The notes: generated by a model from the letters alone, not told the origin. Shown: positions 8,000-17,845, numbered from the stretch's first letter. The stretch: 32,000 nucleotides of DNA from Demequinaceae bacterium (GCA_965250005.1 OZ252279.1:1950001-1982000); one strand, 5' to 3'. Numbers and translations are program-made.

Positions 8000-8084
8000 A
8001 GGATCGGACCAAGAGGACCACATAGCGTGGAAGGTGAGCCAAGGCCGCGTGGGTCTGGCTCCATACAAGGGAGTAATCACCAAC

Positions 8085-10820
8085 ATGACTACTACGACGC
8101 CTGCGCCCGCGCAGACCAGCAAGTCGGCCACGACGGCCGGATCCCCTGACGCTGCGACCGCGATTGACGCGCTGGTCGCCAACGCGCAGCACGCGCTCGA
8201 GGCGTACTCAGCGTTCACACAGGACGACGTTGACCGCCTGGTCAAGAAGGCGTCCGTCGCGGCGCTCAACCAGCATGGTGAACTCGCGGTGCTTGCCGTC
8301 GAAGAAACCGGCCGAGGCGTATTCGAAGACAAGGCTGTGAAGAACATTTTCGCGTGCGAGCACGTGACGCACTCGATGAAGACCGTCAAAACCGTTGGCG
8401 TCATCAGCGAGGATCCGATTGCCGGGATCACTGAGATCGCCGAGCCGGTAGGCGTGATCTGCGGAGTCACCCCCGTCACCAACCCCACATCGACCGCGAT
8501 CTTCAAGTCGCTCATCGCGCTCAAGACGCGCAACCCCATCATTTTTGCCTTTCACCCGTCCGCGCAAAAGTCTTCGGTCGCCGCGGCCACAATTGTTCGC
8601 GACGCAGCTGTCGCGGCCGGAGCCCCTGAGCACTGCGTGCAGTGGGTCGATGCTCCGTCGATCGAGGCGACCAACTTGCTTATGAACAATCCGGGCGTGG
8701 CGCTGATTCTCGCTACCGGTGGCAACGCCATGGTGCGCGCGGCGTACTCGTGCGGGAAGCCCGCCCTGGGTGTGGGCGCGGGCAACGTTCCCGCGTACGT
8801 CGCCAAGTCCGCGAAGCTCAAGAGGGCCGTCAACGACATCGTGCTTTCAAAGTCGTTCGACAACGGCATGGTGTGCGCGTCCGAGCAGGCTGCGATTCTC
8901 GACGCCGAGATCTACGAGGACGCCATGGCGGAGTTCGCGACGCTGCACGCGTACCGGTGCACGCCAGAGGAAAAGTCCAAGCTGGAGCAGTTCATCTTCG
9001 GCGTCGACGCGAAGGGCACCAACTGCGCGGAGGCCAAGCTCAACGCCACCGTGGTGGGCCAGAGCCCGGTTTGGATCGCGGAACAGGCGGGCTTCACTGT
9101 GCCAGCGGACACGTCAATCATCCTTGCCGAGGTCGAGCACGTCGGAGAAGACGAGCCGCTCACGCGCGAGAAACTCTGCCCCGTCCTCGCGGTGCTCCGA
9201 GCGGAAGACACCGAGCATGGCATAAGCCTCGCCGAACAGATGGTTGAGTTCCACGGCCTCGGCCACAGCGCTGCGATACACACGACGGACGATGCGCTCG
9301 CCACGGAGTATGGTTCGCGCGTCAAGGCTGTCCGCATACTGGTCAACGCGCCGTCATCGCATGGTGGCATCGGCGATATATACAACTCGCTCATTCCGTC
9401 CCTCACGCTGGGCTGCGGCTCGTATGGCGCCAACTCGGTCTCGAACAACGTCTCTGCCGTCAACCTGGTCAACGTCAAGCGGATCGCGCGGAGGAACAAC
9501 AACATGCAGTGGTTCAAGGTTCCGGCCAAGACATACTTCGAGCCCAACGCAATTCAGTACCTGCGCGACATGGCAGGCATTGAGCGCGTCACGATCGTCA
9601 CCGACCACACGATGACCAAGCTCGGTTTTGTCGACAAAGTCATTGACGTGCTCAGCCGCCGCAACAACAAGGTGGCGTTCCAGATCATCGACAACGTCGA
9701 GCCGGAGCCGAGCATCGGGACAGTGAAGAAAGGCGCCGAGATCATGCGGGACTACCGGCCGGACACCATCATCGCGCTGGGCGGTGGATCGCCCATGGAC
9801 GCGGCAAAAGTGATGTGGCTGCTGTACGAGCACCCCGACATAGATTTCGCGGACTTAAAAGAGAAGTTCTTCGACGTGCGCAAGCGAGCGTTCCAGTTCC
9901 CCAAGTTGGGCGACCTCGCCAAGCTGGTCTGCATCCCGACCACGTCCGGAACGGGCGCGGAGGTGACGCCATTCGCGGTGATCACGGACACTGAGACCGG
10001 GCGAAAGTACCCGCTCGCGGACTACGCACTCACGCCAACAGTCGCGATCATCGACCCGAACCTGACGGCCGACATGCCGGCCAAACTCGCGGCTGACAGC
10101 GGCTTCGATGCGCTGACACACGCGACCGAGGCGTACGTATCTGTTTACGCGAACGACTTCACCGACGGCATGGCGCTCCAGGCGATCAAGTTGATATTCG
10201 ACAACCTCGAGGCGTCGGTCGCTGGAGGGCGAGCGGCCACGGAAGCGCGGGAGAAGATGCACAACGCCGGCACGATCGCGGGCATGGCGTTCGGGAATGC
10301 CTTCCTGGGCATCGTTCATTCGATGGCGCACACCGTCGGCTCGGCCTTCCACTTGGTGCACGGGCGGACCAACGCGGTGCTGCTGCCGCACGTAATTCGC
10401 TACAACGGCACCATCCCCACCAAGCTGACCAGCTGGCCCAAGTACGAGCACTATGTCGCCCCCGAACGATTTCAGCAGATCGCGGCGACGCTCGGCCTGA
10501 GCGCGAGCACACCGGATGAGGGCGTCGAGTCCTACGCAGCGGCCGTGGAGAAACTGCGCGACGCCGTCGGCATCGAGCGCTCATTCCAGGCCCAGGGTGT
10601 CGACGAGACGAACTTCATTGGCAAGCTAGACGAATTGGCGATGACCGCGTACGAGGACCAGTGCGCACCCGCCAATCCACGGATGCCGATGCTTGCGGAC
10701 ATGAAGGTGCTGATGGAGGCCGCGTACCGCGGCACCACGTTCGCGGAGGTCACCGGGGCGAAGGTCCCCGCCGCCACTAAGAAGCGGGCCGAAAAGACCA
10801 AGGCGGATGCTCGCGCTTAG
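8085..10820 (+). CDS. adhE: Bifunctional acetaldehyde-CoA / alcohol dehydrogenase
   Basis: ORF 7992..10820; likely ATG 8085 (MTTTTPAPAQTSKS). ALDH half (LATGGNAMVRAAYSCGKPALGVGAGNVPAYV, DNGMVCASEQ) fused to an Fe-ADH half (ALGGGSPMDAAKVMWLLYEHP, GNAFLGIVHSMAHTVGSAFHLVHGRTNAVLLPHVIRYNG). Confidence 0.97.
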   Translation: MTTTTPAPAQTSKSATTAGSPDAATAIDALVANAQHALEAYSAFTQDDVDRLVKKASVAALNQHGELAVLAVEETGRGVFEDKAVKNIFACEHVTHSMKTVKTVGVISEDPIAGITEIAEPVGVICGVTPVTNPTSTAIFKSLIALKTRNPIIFAFHPSAQKSSVAAATIVRDAAVAAGAPEHCVQWVDAPSIEATNLLMNNPGVALILATGGNAMVRAAYSCGKPALGVGAGNVPAYVAKSAKLKRAVNDIVLSKSFDNGMVCASEQAAILDAEIYEDAMAEFATLHAYRCTPEEKSKLEQFIFGVDAKGTNCAEAKLNATVVGQSPVWIAEQAGFTVPADTSIILAEVEHVGEDEPLTREKLCPVLAVLRAEDTEHGISLAEQMVEFHGLGHSAAIHTTDDALATEYGSRVKAVRILVNAPSSHGGIGDIYNSLIPSLTLGCGSYGANSVSNNVSAVNLVNVKRIARRNNNMQWFKVPAKTYFEPNAIQYLRDMAGIERVTIVTDHTMTKLGFVDKVIDVLSRRNNKVAFQIIDNVEPEPSIGTVKKGAEIMRDYRPDTIIALGGGSPMDAAKVMWLLYEHPDIDFADLKEKFFDVRKRAFQFPKLGDLAKLVCIPTTSGTGAEVTPFAVITDTETGRKYPLADYALTPTVAIIDPNLTADMPAKLAADSGFDALTHATEAYVSVYANDFTDGMALQAIKLIFDNLEASVAGGRAATEAREKMHNAGTIAGMAFGNAFLGIVHSMAHTVGSAFHLVHGRTNAVLLPHVIRYNGTIPTKLTSWPKYEHYVAPERFQQIAATLGLSASTPDEGVESYAAAVEKLRDAVGIERSFQAQGVDETNFIGKLDELAMTAYEDQCAPANPRMPMLADMKVLMEAAYRGTTFAEVTGAKVPAATKKRAEKTKADARA

Positions 10821-10861
10821 CCGAACGATGAGATGACGTTGGCCCGGCGCTGGTTACTCTG

Positions 10862-10901
10862 AGCTTGTGAAGGCACGGAGAAGCTTGTGAAGGCACGGAG
10901 A
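10862..10901. repeat. Perfect 20-bp tandem duplication, 2 x AGCTTGTGAAGGCACGGAGA
   Basis: Copies at 10862..10881 and 10882..10901; the second copy contains the GTG start of the downstream lipoprotein gene. Confidence 0.98.
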
Positions 10902-11792
10902 CTGCTGGGGCTGGGCATTGCCGCGGTCGTCGCACTCGGAGCGTGTGGAGCGGGCCCCGACGTGCAGCAAGCGCCGAGTCTCGAACCCAGCCCACACGTC
11001 GCGGCGAGCCCTGGCGCCGCGCCGACGCCAGCCGCGTCCCCTAGCCCGTCACCGTCACCGTCACCGTCACCGTCGCCTAGCCCCGGCCAGACGCGTCCCG
11101 CGTGGCTCGGCACGATCGTTCTCGACGAGCGTCCCGACGGATTTGGATACAAGCAGCCGACTCCGCCTGAGTTGGAGGAGCGCGCGCTCCCGCCGCGCAG
11201 GCACCTGCCGGATCCTCAAGCCGACGCGTTCGTAGCAACCGTGTCTGCCGTGCCGGCGCACGTGGCCGCTCGGTCGACGTGGCACTCGGGGTGCCCGATC
11301 GCGCTCGACGACCTGCGATACATCGTGATGACCTTCTGGGGTTTCGACGACCGCCCTCACCGGGGCGAGATGATCGTTAACGCGTCCGTTGCCGCAGACA
11401 TCGTCCAGGCATTTGAGGATCTGTACCAGGCGCGGTACCCGATCGAGGAGATGCGCGTCTATTCGCAAACGGATCGCGAGGCGCCTCGCACCGGCGACCT
11501 CAACGTGACATCGGCCTACGCGTGCCGGCCCGTCGCAACTACAACCAACACTTGGTCCCAGCACGCGTACGGGCTCGCGATCGACATCAACCCCTTCATG
11601 AACCCGTACACCAAGGGCGACCTGCTGGTCCCGGAGTTATCGACGGCCTACCTAGATCGATCGTGGGTGCGGCCCGGCATGATCTTCGAGGGCGGCGTGG
11701 TGGTGGACGCGTTTGACTCCATTGGGTGGGGGTGGGGTGGCCGTTGGGTAGTTCCGGTAGACCTCCACCATTTCTCGCTCAAGGGAATCTAA
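10887..11792 (+). CDS. Secreted lipoprotein with M15-like (VanY/D-Ala-D-Ala carboxypeptidase-like) C-terminal domain
   Basis: MKARRLLGLGIAAVVALGACGAG lipobox, (SP)n linker, then NVTSAYACRPVATTTNTWSQHAYGLAIDINPFMNPYTKG...GWGWGGRWVVPVDLHHFSL, matching the SxHxxGxAxD...W.GG.w...D..HF pattern of M15-type peptidases. Confidence 0.85.
   Translation: MKARRLLGLGIAAVVALGACGAGPDVQQAPSLEPSPHVAASPGAAPTPAASPSPSPSPSPSPSPSPGQTRPAWLGTIVLDERPDGFGYKQPTPPELEERALPPRRHLPDPQADAFVATVSAVPAHVAARSTWHSGCPIALDDLRYIVMTFWGFDDRPHRGEMIVNASVAADIVQAFEDLYQARYPIEEMRVYSQTDREAPRTGDLNVTSAYACRPVATTTNTWSQHAYGLAIDINPFMNPYTKGDLLVPELSTAYLDRSWVRPGMIFEGGVVVDAFDSIGWGWGGRWVVPVDLHHFSLKGI
11046..11075 (+). repeat. Hexanucleotide microsatellite (CCGTCA)4-CCGTCG encoding the Ser-Pro linker
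   Basis: ccgtcaccgtcaccgtcaccgtcaccgtcg read directly; encodes part of SPSPSPSPSP. Confidence 0.95.
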
Positions 11793-11891
11793 GTTGCCAG
11801 TAAGAGTCGCGAGTTGTGACATATCGGACACAGGGAGTTCGGCGCGGCGACTATGCGCCCGCCAATGCCGCGCCTACGCTCGTAGGGGGCG

Positions 11892-12611
11892 GTGCCGACC
11901 CCACGCGCCCAAAAAACCGTGATCCGATTCGACAACGTTTCCAAGGTCTACGCTCGCGGCGCCCAACCGGCGCTCGACGCTGTCGACGTCACAATTGAGC
12001 GCGGAGACTTCGTGTTCCTGGTTGGCTCGTCGGGCTCGGGAAAATCCACCTTCTTGAAACTCGTGCTTAGAGAAGAACGACCCACGGGTGGCCAGATATA
12101 CGTGGCAGGCCGTGACCTCGGCAAACTATCCGGGTGGAGAGTGCCGCTGCTCCGACGAGAAATTGGTGCGGTCTTCCAGGACTTCCGGCTGCTGCCCAAC
12201 AAGACAGTCGCGCAGAATGTCGGCTTCGCTCTTCAGGTTATTGGCAAAGGCAAGCGGCACATCGCAGAGGCGGTTCCGGAGACTCTTGAAATGGTGGGGC
12301 TCGCGGGAAAAGAGAAGCGGCTGCCACACGAGCTCTCAGGCGGCGAGCAGCAGCGCGTGGCGATCGCGCGCGCGTTCGTTAATCACCCGCCCATCCTGCT
12401 GTGTGATGAGCCCACCGGAAACCTTGACCCCGGCACAAGCGTTGGAATCATGAGGCTACTGGACCGGATCAACCGCACGGGAACTACGGTCCTCATGGCC
12501 ACTCACGACGACGAGATAGTTGACCAGATGCGCAAGCGTGTGATCGAGCTCAAGGCCGGGCGCGTTGTTCGTGACCAAGTGCAGGGCGTTTACGGATTGG
12601 AGAACTCGTGA
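11892..12611 (+). CDS. ftsE: Cell division ATP-binding protein FtsE
   Basis: Walker [10 protein letters not shown], signature [14 protein letters not shown], Walker [13 protein letters not shown], followed immediately by ftsX. The start may be GTG 11892 (good SD) or in-frame GTG 11919 (gives the typical [12 protein letters not shown]-terminus). Confidence 0.95.
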   Translation: MPTPRAQKTVIRFDNVSKVYARGAQPALDAVDVTIERGDFVFLVGSSGSGKSTFLKLVLREERPTGGQIYVAGRDLGKLSGWRVPLLRREIGAVFQDFRLLPNKTVAQNVGFALQVIGKGKRHIAEAVPETLEMVGLAGKEKRLPHELSGGEQQRVAIARAFVNHPPILLCDEPTGNLDPGTSVGIMRLLDRINRTGTTVLMATHDDEIVDQMRKRVIELKAGRVVRDQVQGVYGLENS

Positions 12612-13522
12612 GACTGCGGTTCATCCTCTCCGAGGTCTGGCAAGGGCTTCGACGCAACTCGACCATGGCGCTGTCCGTGGTCATCGTGACGTTCGTGTCG
12701 CTTGCTTTCGTTGGTAGCGCGGCACTTCTCCAGATTCAGGTCGACAAGCTCAAGGACGACTGGTTCGATCGCGTCGAGGTCTCGATCTTCCTGTGCCCGA
12801 AACTCTCGCCCGAGGCCAAGTGCCAGGCGGGACCCGTGACTCCCGCCGAGGAAGACCGCATCGAGCAGGTCCTCACCACCGGCGCATTGGGCGAGTTGGT
12901 CGATCAGGTCTACTATGAGTCAAAAGCCGAGGCATACGAAAACCTCATTGCTCGCGACGCCGACGGCTTCTACGCTCAGCACCTCACTGCAGACGATATG
13001 CAGCCTAGCTTCCGAGTAAAACTCAAGGACCCTGAGCAGTTCAAGCTTGTGGCGGACGCGACAGAGAACCTCGTAGGCGTCGAAAAAGTTGTTGACCAGC
13101 GGGCGATATTTTCCCAGCTGTTCCAGGCGCTCAATGGCGCGACCCTCGTGGCTGCGGGGATCGCGCTCGTGATGTCGTTGGCCGCGGGCCTGCTCATCAC
13201 CACGACAATCCGGCTGAGCGCGCTCAGCCGCAGGCGCGAGACCACCATCATGCGTATGGTCGGCTCCTCAAAGACCCTGATTCAGCTGCCATTCATGCTT
13301 GAGGGCGCGATCGCAGCCGTATTCGGAGCAGCGCTCGCGGTTGCTGGGCTCTGGCTTAGCGTGCGCTATCTGGTGGAAGGCTGGCTGGGCCGGGAACTCC
13401 AGTGGGTCGACTACATCGTTGCGAGCGACGTGTTTATTGTCGCGCCGTGGCTCGTACTCATTGCCTTTGCTCTGTCCGCCTTCGCGTCGATCGTCACCAT
13501 CGGTAGGTATACGTCAGCATGA
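12608..13522 (+). CDS. ftsX: Cell division permease-like protein FtsX
   Basis: 304 aa; [36 protein letters not shown], a large extracytoplasmic domain and a C-terminal FtsX permease domain. 4-nt overlap with ftsE. Confidence 0.96.
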   Translation: MRLRFILSEVWQGLRRNSTMALSVVIVTFVSLAFVGSAALLQIQVDKLKDDWFDRVEVSIFLCPKLSPEAKCQAGPVTPAEEDRIEQVLTTGALGELVDQVYYESKAEAYENLIARDADGFYAQHLTADDMQPSFRVKLKDPEQFKLVADATENLVGVEKVVDQRAIFSQLFQALNGATLVAAGIALVMSLAAGLLITTTIRLSALSRRRETTIMRMVGSSKTLIQLPFMLEGAIAAVFGAALAVAGLWLSVRYLVEGWLGRELQWVDYIVASDVFIVAPWLVLIAFALSAFASIVTIGRYTSA

Positions 13523-14805
13523 TTTTCTCTCGCCACCGCAGCTCGTACGCCCTTGTGGCGGCGGCGGTTTTCGTGCTCACTATGGGACTGTCAAGTGCGA
13601 CAGCGGCGGGACCTGGATCTTTGCCGCTCGATGCCGATTACGACGCTGCGATCGCCGAGGCCGAATCCAAAAAGGCGGAGCTCGAGCAGCAAGAGGATGA
13701 GCTCGACCACCTGCTCGAGGGCACGGCGATGGAGATTGTCGAAGCCAACTCGCGCTTGCGCGATCTGAATGGCCGCCTTCCCGAGGCGCAGCTTGAACTT
13801 GAGCTAGCCGAAGATCGGCTGCTGCACGCGCTGCTGCAACTTGAGATCGCCGAACGCAAGTTGGACGCAGCCGAGCAAGAGGACCGGCGCATCAGCGCGC
13901 AGATCGCGATTGACGAGCGCAGGATGGCGGAGCTCTCGCAGATCGTTTCCGAGCTCGCTCGATCTTCGTACCGTGGCGAAGACTCCGACTCCACGCTGAG
14001 GTTGATCTTTGGGGCAGCGAACACCGACGAGTTCGTTAGCGAATTCACACTCCAGCACACGGCGACCCGCACGCAAGGAAGAGCCCTCGCAGAGATGGAG
14101 CAGATTGCGGCGATGAACCGCAACCGCGCCGACCGCCAGGATGCGGTGCGAGAATACGCGGAGCAACTGCGGGCCATCGCCGCCAAGCTTGTCGACGAGT
14201 CCGAGCGCGCTCGAACGATCGCCGAATCGCGCAAAGCCGAGATCGAAGAGTTGCTTGTCGAGCAGGTCGAGATCAAGGCGTTCCTCGAAGGAGAGCGGGA
14301 TGCGTTCCTAGCCGAGCTCAAGAGAGTTGAACGCGAGCAACTAGAGACAGAATTCGAACTCGCGATCCTGGCCCGCAAGCAGTTGGATGCGGGTCTGTCC
14401 TACGGCGATGGAATCTTCACGCCCCCCGTCTCCACGGTCTATGTGACATCGCCATACGGGTATCGCATTCATCCCATCTACGGCGCCCGCATTTTCCACA
14501 GTGGTGTAGACATGCGCGCTCGCTGCGGGGTGCCGATTTACGCAGTCACTCACGGCCAGGTGGAGTGGGCCAAGCCGAGCGGCGGTCACGGCAATCAAGT
14601 GATGTTGAGCCATGGCGTGATCGACGGCAAGGTGTACATGTCGTCGTACAACCACTTGACGAGATTCAACGTCTCTAACGGAGACCTGGTTTTCCGAGGT
14701 GACGTGATCGGCTTTGCGGGAACTACCGGAAGTTCGACAGCCTGCCACCTCCATTTGGAAATTCTCATTAACGGCAAGATCACCAACCCGATGAACATCA
14801 TCTAG
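13519..14805 (+). CDS. M23-family (LytM) peptidase with coiled-coil domain, EnvC/RipC-like FtsEX-associated murein hydrolase
   Basis: Signal peptide, long Glu-rich coiled coil, then YVTSPYGYRIHPIYGARIFHSGVDMRARCGVPIYAVTHGQVEWAKPSGGHGNQVML (HxxxD and HxH-type M23 motifs). ATGA overlap with ftsX. Confidence 0.93.
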   Translation: MIFSRHRSSYALVAAAVFVLTMGLSSATAAGPGSLPLDADYDAAIAEAESKKAELEQQEDELDHLLEGTAMEIVEANSRLRDLNGRLPEAQLELELAEDRLLHALLQLEIAERKLDAAEQEDRRISAQIAIDERRMAELSQIVSELARSSYRGEDSDSTLRLIFGAANTDEFVSEFTLQHTATRTQGRALAEMEQIAAMNRNRADRQDAVREYAEQLRAIAAKLVDESERARTIAESRKAEIEELLVEQVEIKAFLEGERDAFLAELKRVEREQLETEFELAILARKQLDAGLSYGDGIFTPPVSTVYVTSPYGYRIHPIYGARIFHSGVDMRARCGVPIYAVTHGQVEWAKPSGGHGNQVMLSHGVIDGKVYMSSYNHLTRFNVSNGDLVFRGDVIGFAGTTGSSTACHLHLEILINGKITNPMNII

Positions 14806-14861
14806 GCTGTTACCTCGCTAGGACGTCAGGGCGCGCTCGCGCCTATTCGAGGAGGTGAGTC

Positions 14862-15326
14862 ATGGTCGAGGGTATCAACGTGGTTGCGACCAACCGCAAA
14901 GCGCGCCACGACTACTTCATTGGCGAGACGTTCGAGGCCGGGCTGCAGCTCACGGGAACGGAAGTCAAGTCTCTGAGGCAAGGCCGCGCTTCCCTGGTGG
15001 ACGGCTATGTGAGCGTGGAACGTGGTGAAGCCTGGCTCGAAAATGTCCACATCCCGGAGTACACCGAGGGGACGTGGACAAATCACGCGCCGCGCAGACG
15101 TCGCAAGCTCCTGCTCCATGGCAACGAGATTGAGCGTGTGGATGAAGGTGCGCGCGACAAGGGCCACACGGTCATTCCGCTCCGCCTATATTTCACGAAA
15201 GGGCGCGCGAAGGTGGAAATTGCGATCGCGCAGGGCAAGCAATACCACGACAAGCGCCAGGCGCTGCGTGAGAAGCAGGACGCGCGTGAGGCGCAAAGCG
15301 CGATGAGCGTGCGAAAAAAGAGATAA
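14862..15326 (+). CDS. smpB: SsrA-binding protein SmpB
   Basis: KARHDYFIGETFEAGLQLTGTEVKSLRQGRASLVDGYVSVERGEAWLENVHIPEY...LHGNEIERV...RGHTVIPLRLYF-type motifs and a basic tail. Confidence 0.98.
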   Translation: MVEGINVVATNRKARHDYFIGETFEAGLQLTGTEVKSLRQGRASLVDGYVSVERGEAWLENVHIPEYTEGTWTNHAPRRRRKLLLHGNEIERVDEGARDKGHTVIPLRLYFTKGRAKVEIAIAQGKQYHDKRQALREKQDAREAQSAMSVRKKR

Positions 15327-15344
15327 ACGCGGCATGATGGTGGC

Positions 15345-17276
15345 ATGAGAAAAGCCCTTGGTGCCCTGATCATCGCCGCCGCTGCCGTCCTCATGCCAAC
15401 GGTTGCCCACGCCGCTGGCGAGGACTATACGAGCGAGTACATCCAGGAGTACACCGCCTCGTACTACGTGAACGCCGACGGCACCACGGACGTGACGGTG
15501 GACTTCACGTACAACTACAACGGCATTTTTCGCCACGGCCCGTACATTTCGCTCATCACGCGCCAGGGCTATGACTCAAGCAACGATCGGTTCTACGACG
15601 TCAGCGACGTGCGCGCATCGAGCCCCAGCGGAGCACCCTCTAGGGTCTACCTCGACCAGGGCGACTACCGACTGGCGATCCGCATCGGCGACGAGAACAT
15701 TTCTGACGTGACGGGTATCCAGCAGTATCGTCTGACGTACACGATTGACGCCGCCCTAAATGACACGCGCGCGAGCGACATCGCCGGCGCCACGCCCGCC
15801 GATGACGATCCACATCTGTGGGATGAGTTCTATTGGAATGTGATCGGAGATCAGTGGACCGTCCCGCTCGCGAACGTGACCATTCACATCAGCGGTGACG
15901 CCGCTATCGTTCCCGTGTCCCAGGACGAGGCGGGGAGCATCTACACCGGGGATGATGTCACGAACGCTGGCGTTTACTGCTTCTCGGGTTCGTATGGCTC
16001 CAGCGCCTCATGCACGGGCGCAATGCTCGACGCCTCTGGCGCGACCTTCACGCAGGACTGGGTCAACCCATACGAGCCCGTCACGGTGCTTGTCGCGTTC
16101 CCCGCCGGCTCCGTCGACACCACGCCAAGGATCCGCACCAAGAACGACATTGCGTACGCGCTCTCAATCAACCCAGCCACAGGCGCGGGAGCGCTCGCTG
16201 TTCTCGGCGGCGGGATCGTGTTGCTGAGCAGGCGCATCCGCGGGTCTGCGATTGACGAGCAGTTCGCCGGGCTCACGCCCGGCCTTGCGCCCGTAGGCAC
16301 GGGAGCGGCACGCGTGGTCAAGCGCGATTACAAAGCCCCGGTTGCCGTCCAGTTTGAGCCGCCCGTCGGTATGCGCCCTGGACAGCTCGGCACCCTAATG
16401 GATGAACGCGCTGATGTGCGCGACGTGACGGCGACGATTGTTGACCTCGCCGTGCGCGGCTACCTCCGCATCGACGAAATTGTCGAGGAGGGCAAGAAGC
16501 GCAAGAAGAAACCGGACTATAGGTTCATCAAGCTTCGCGATGCCGACGACGGCCTGGTCAAGTACGAGCGCCTGCTCTTTGACGGTCTGTTCGACAAGCG
16601 TGACGAAATCGAACTGAGTGACCTCAAGACCACCTTCGCGTCCGACCTCGCGAAGGTTCAGGCACAGATGTACCGCAACGTCACGGCCCTCGGATGGTTC
16701 CGTAGCAACCCGAACACCACCCGAAACAGCTGGGTCGTTGCGGGCATATTCATCTTGATTGCTGGACTCGTGCTCACGTTCGTCGTGGGCGGGCTCGGGC
16801 CATGGGCACTGATCCCGCTACCGATCGCGCTCGTGGGGATTATGGTGATCGCGACCACCAAGAACGCGCCAGCGCGCAAGGCCGAGGGCACGCGCGTCTT
16901 GGTGCAGGCGCAAGGTTTCCAGACCTTCCTCGAGACGGCCGACGGCAACAAACTCCGCTTCGAGGAGGGGCACGATCTTTTCAGCGCGTACCTTCCTTTC
17001 GCGATCGCATTCGGGGTCGCGGACAAATGGTCCGCAGTGTTCGAGAAGCTTGCGAAGCAGGGCGCGAACCTCGCCGAGCCCACGTGGTACGGAGGCACGT
17101 ACGGCCACTTCTGGGCCAACTCTGCGGGCTTTGGTGATCGCATGACCAGCTTCGCATCAATTGCGGACGCCGCGATCAGTGCGCCGACGCCGGGTTCGAG
17201 CGGCGGCTCGGGCTTCAGCTCGGGCGGCGGCTTCTCCGGTGGTGGTGGTGGTGGCGGCGGTGGCGGATCCTGGTAG
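15345..17276 (+). CDS. DUF2207 family membrane protein with Gly-rich C-terminus
   Basis: Signal peptide MRKALGALIIAAAAVLMPTVAHA, N-terminal DUF2207-like region (VDFTYNYNGIFRHGPYISLITRQGYDSSNDRFYDVSDV), central TMs, and C-terminal SSGGGFSGGGGGGGGGGSW. Confidence 0.9.
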   Translation: MRKALGALIIAAAAVLMPTVAHAAGEDYTSEYIQEYTASYYVNADGTTDVTVDFTYNYNGIFRHGPYISLITRQGYDSSNDRFYDVSDVRASSPSGAPSRVYLDQGDYRLAIRIGDENISDVTGIQQYRLTYTIDAALNDTRASDIAGATPADDDPHLWDEFYWNVIGDQWTVPLANVTIHISGDAAIVPVSQDEAGSIYTGDDVTNAGVYCFSGSYGSSASCTGAMLDASGATFTQDWVNPYEPVTVLVAFPAGSVDTTPRIRTKNDIAYALSINPATGAGALAVLGGGIVLLSRRIRGSAIDEQFAGLTPGLAPVGTGAARVVKRDYKAPVAVQFEPPVGMRPGQLGTLMDERADVRDVTATIVDLAVRGYLRIDEIVEEGKKRKKKPDYRFIKLRDADDGLVKYERLLFDGLFDKRDEIELSDLKTTFASDLAKVQAQMYRNVTALGWFRSNPNTTRNSWVVAGIFILIAGLVLTFVVGGLGPWALIPLPIALVGIMVIATTKNAPARKAEGTRVLVQAQGFQTFLETADGNKLRFEEGHDLFSAYLPFAIAFGVADKWSAVFEKLAKQGANLAEPTWYGGTYGHFWANSAGFGDRMTSFASIADAAISAPTPGSSGGSGFSSGGGFSGGGGGGGGGGSW

Positions 17277-17430
17277 TGCTGACCTGACAATGGAGGCGGG
17301 CGGTGGCAGAATGCACGGCCTGTGACTGGGCTGACGGCGAGGGATCTGCACGGTCGGCACGAGGTCACGGTTGAGCGACGGTTATGTGCAGCCAGCGTTT
17401 GTGCCCGTAGAATAGGGCCACAACTCCACA

Positions 17431-17792
17431 GGGGATGATCGGTTTCGACGTGTGGCATTTCTCTAGGGGAAGCGGGCCGAGGATGCAGAGTTATCTCGTA
17501 AACGCTCTCTGCAAACTATAGGTGCCGATTCTAATCGCACCGACTTCGCCCTCGCTGCTTAAGCGAGCCTGAAGTCCGTCAGCCCGGGCTTGTTTCCGTC
17601 CCGGTTCCTGACGTCATCTAGGAAACTTGCTGAGCGTCGATGTCACGGCGGCGCTCGGGACACTTACGTGGCTGGGCCTATCTCGCAGCTTGCCTGATGT
17701 TTTGCGAGGGGCCGAGAAACACTTCTCAGGCTGCGCCCGGAGAAGACCTATTTTGTGACATGCGGACGCGGGTTCGATTCCCGCCATCTCCA
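17431..17792 (+). ncRNA. ssrA: Transfer-messenger RNA (tmRNA)
   Basis: 5' GGGGATGATCGGTTTCGACG and 3' GGGTTCGATTCCCGCCATCTCCA; acceptor stem GGGGATG pairs with CATCTCC (one G-U). Internal tag ORF present. Confidence 0.97.
17524..17562 (+). other. tmRNA tag-peptide reading frame: ADSNRTDFALAA*
   Basis: gcc gat tct aat cgc acc gac ttc gcc ctc gct gct taa; ends in the canonical ALAA degron. Confidence 0.85.
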
Positions 17793-17800
17793 CTGAGTTT

Positions 17801-17845
17801 ATGGCCGTCTTCGTTCGTTCAATCGAGCGGAGGCGGCCATTTTTC
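17801..17845 (+). terminator. Rho-independent terminator after ssrA
   Basis: atggccgtcttcgtt ... agcggaggcggccat, ~15-bp stem with G-U pairs, followed by TTTTT. Confidence 0.8.

Noticed and set aside
7992-8084. 31-codon N-terminal extension of adhE in the ORF track
   Set aside because: MARGSDQEDHIAWKVSQGRVGLAPYKGVITN is not AdhE-like and overlaps the candidate operator array; ATG 8085 is the better start.
17238-17276. (GGT/GGC)n tract encoding poly-Gly, considered as a novel repeat element
   Set aside because: Gly-rich C-terminal tails ending in GGGGGSW are a common feature of DUF2207-family proteins.
17563-17760. Plus-strand short ORFs around and within the tmRNA region (e.g. 17640..18005)
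   Set aside because: They overlap the structured tmRNA, the terminator and the GNAT gene; no SD or motif support.
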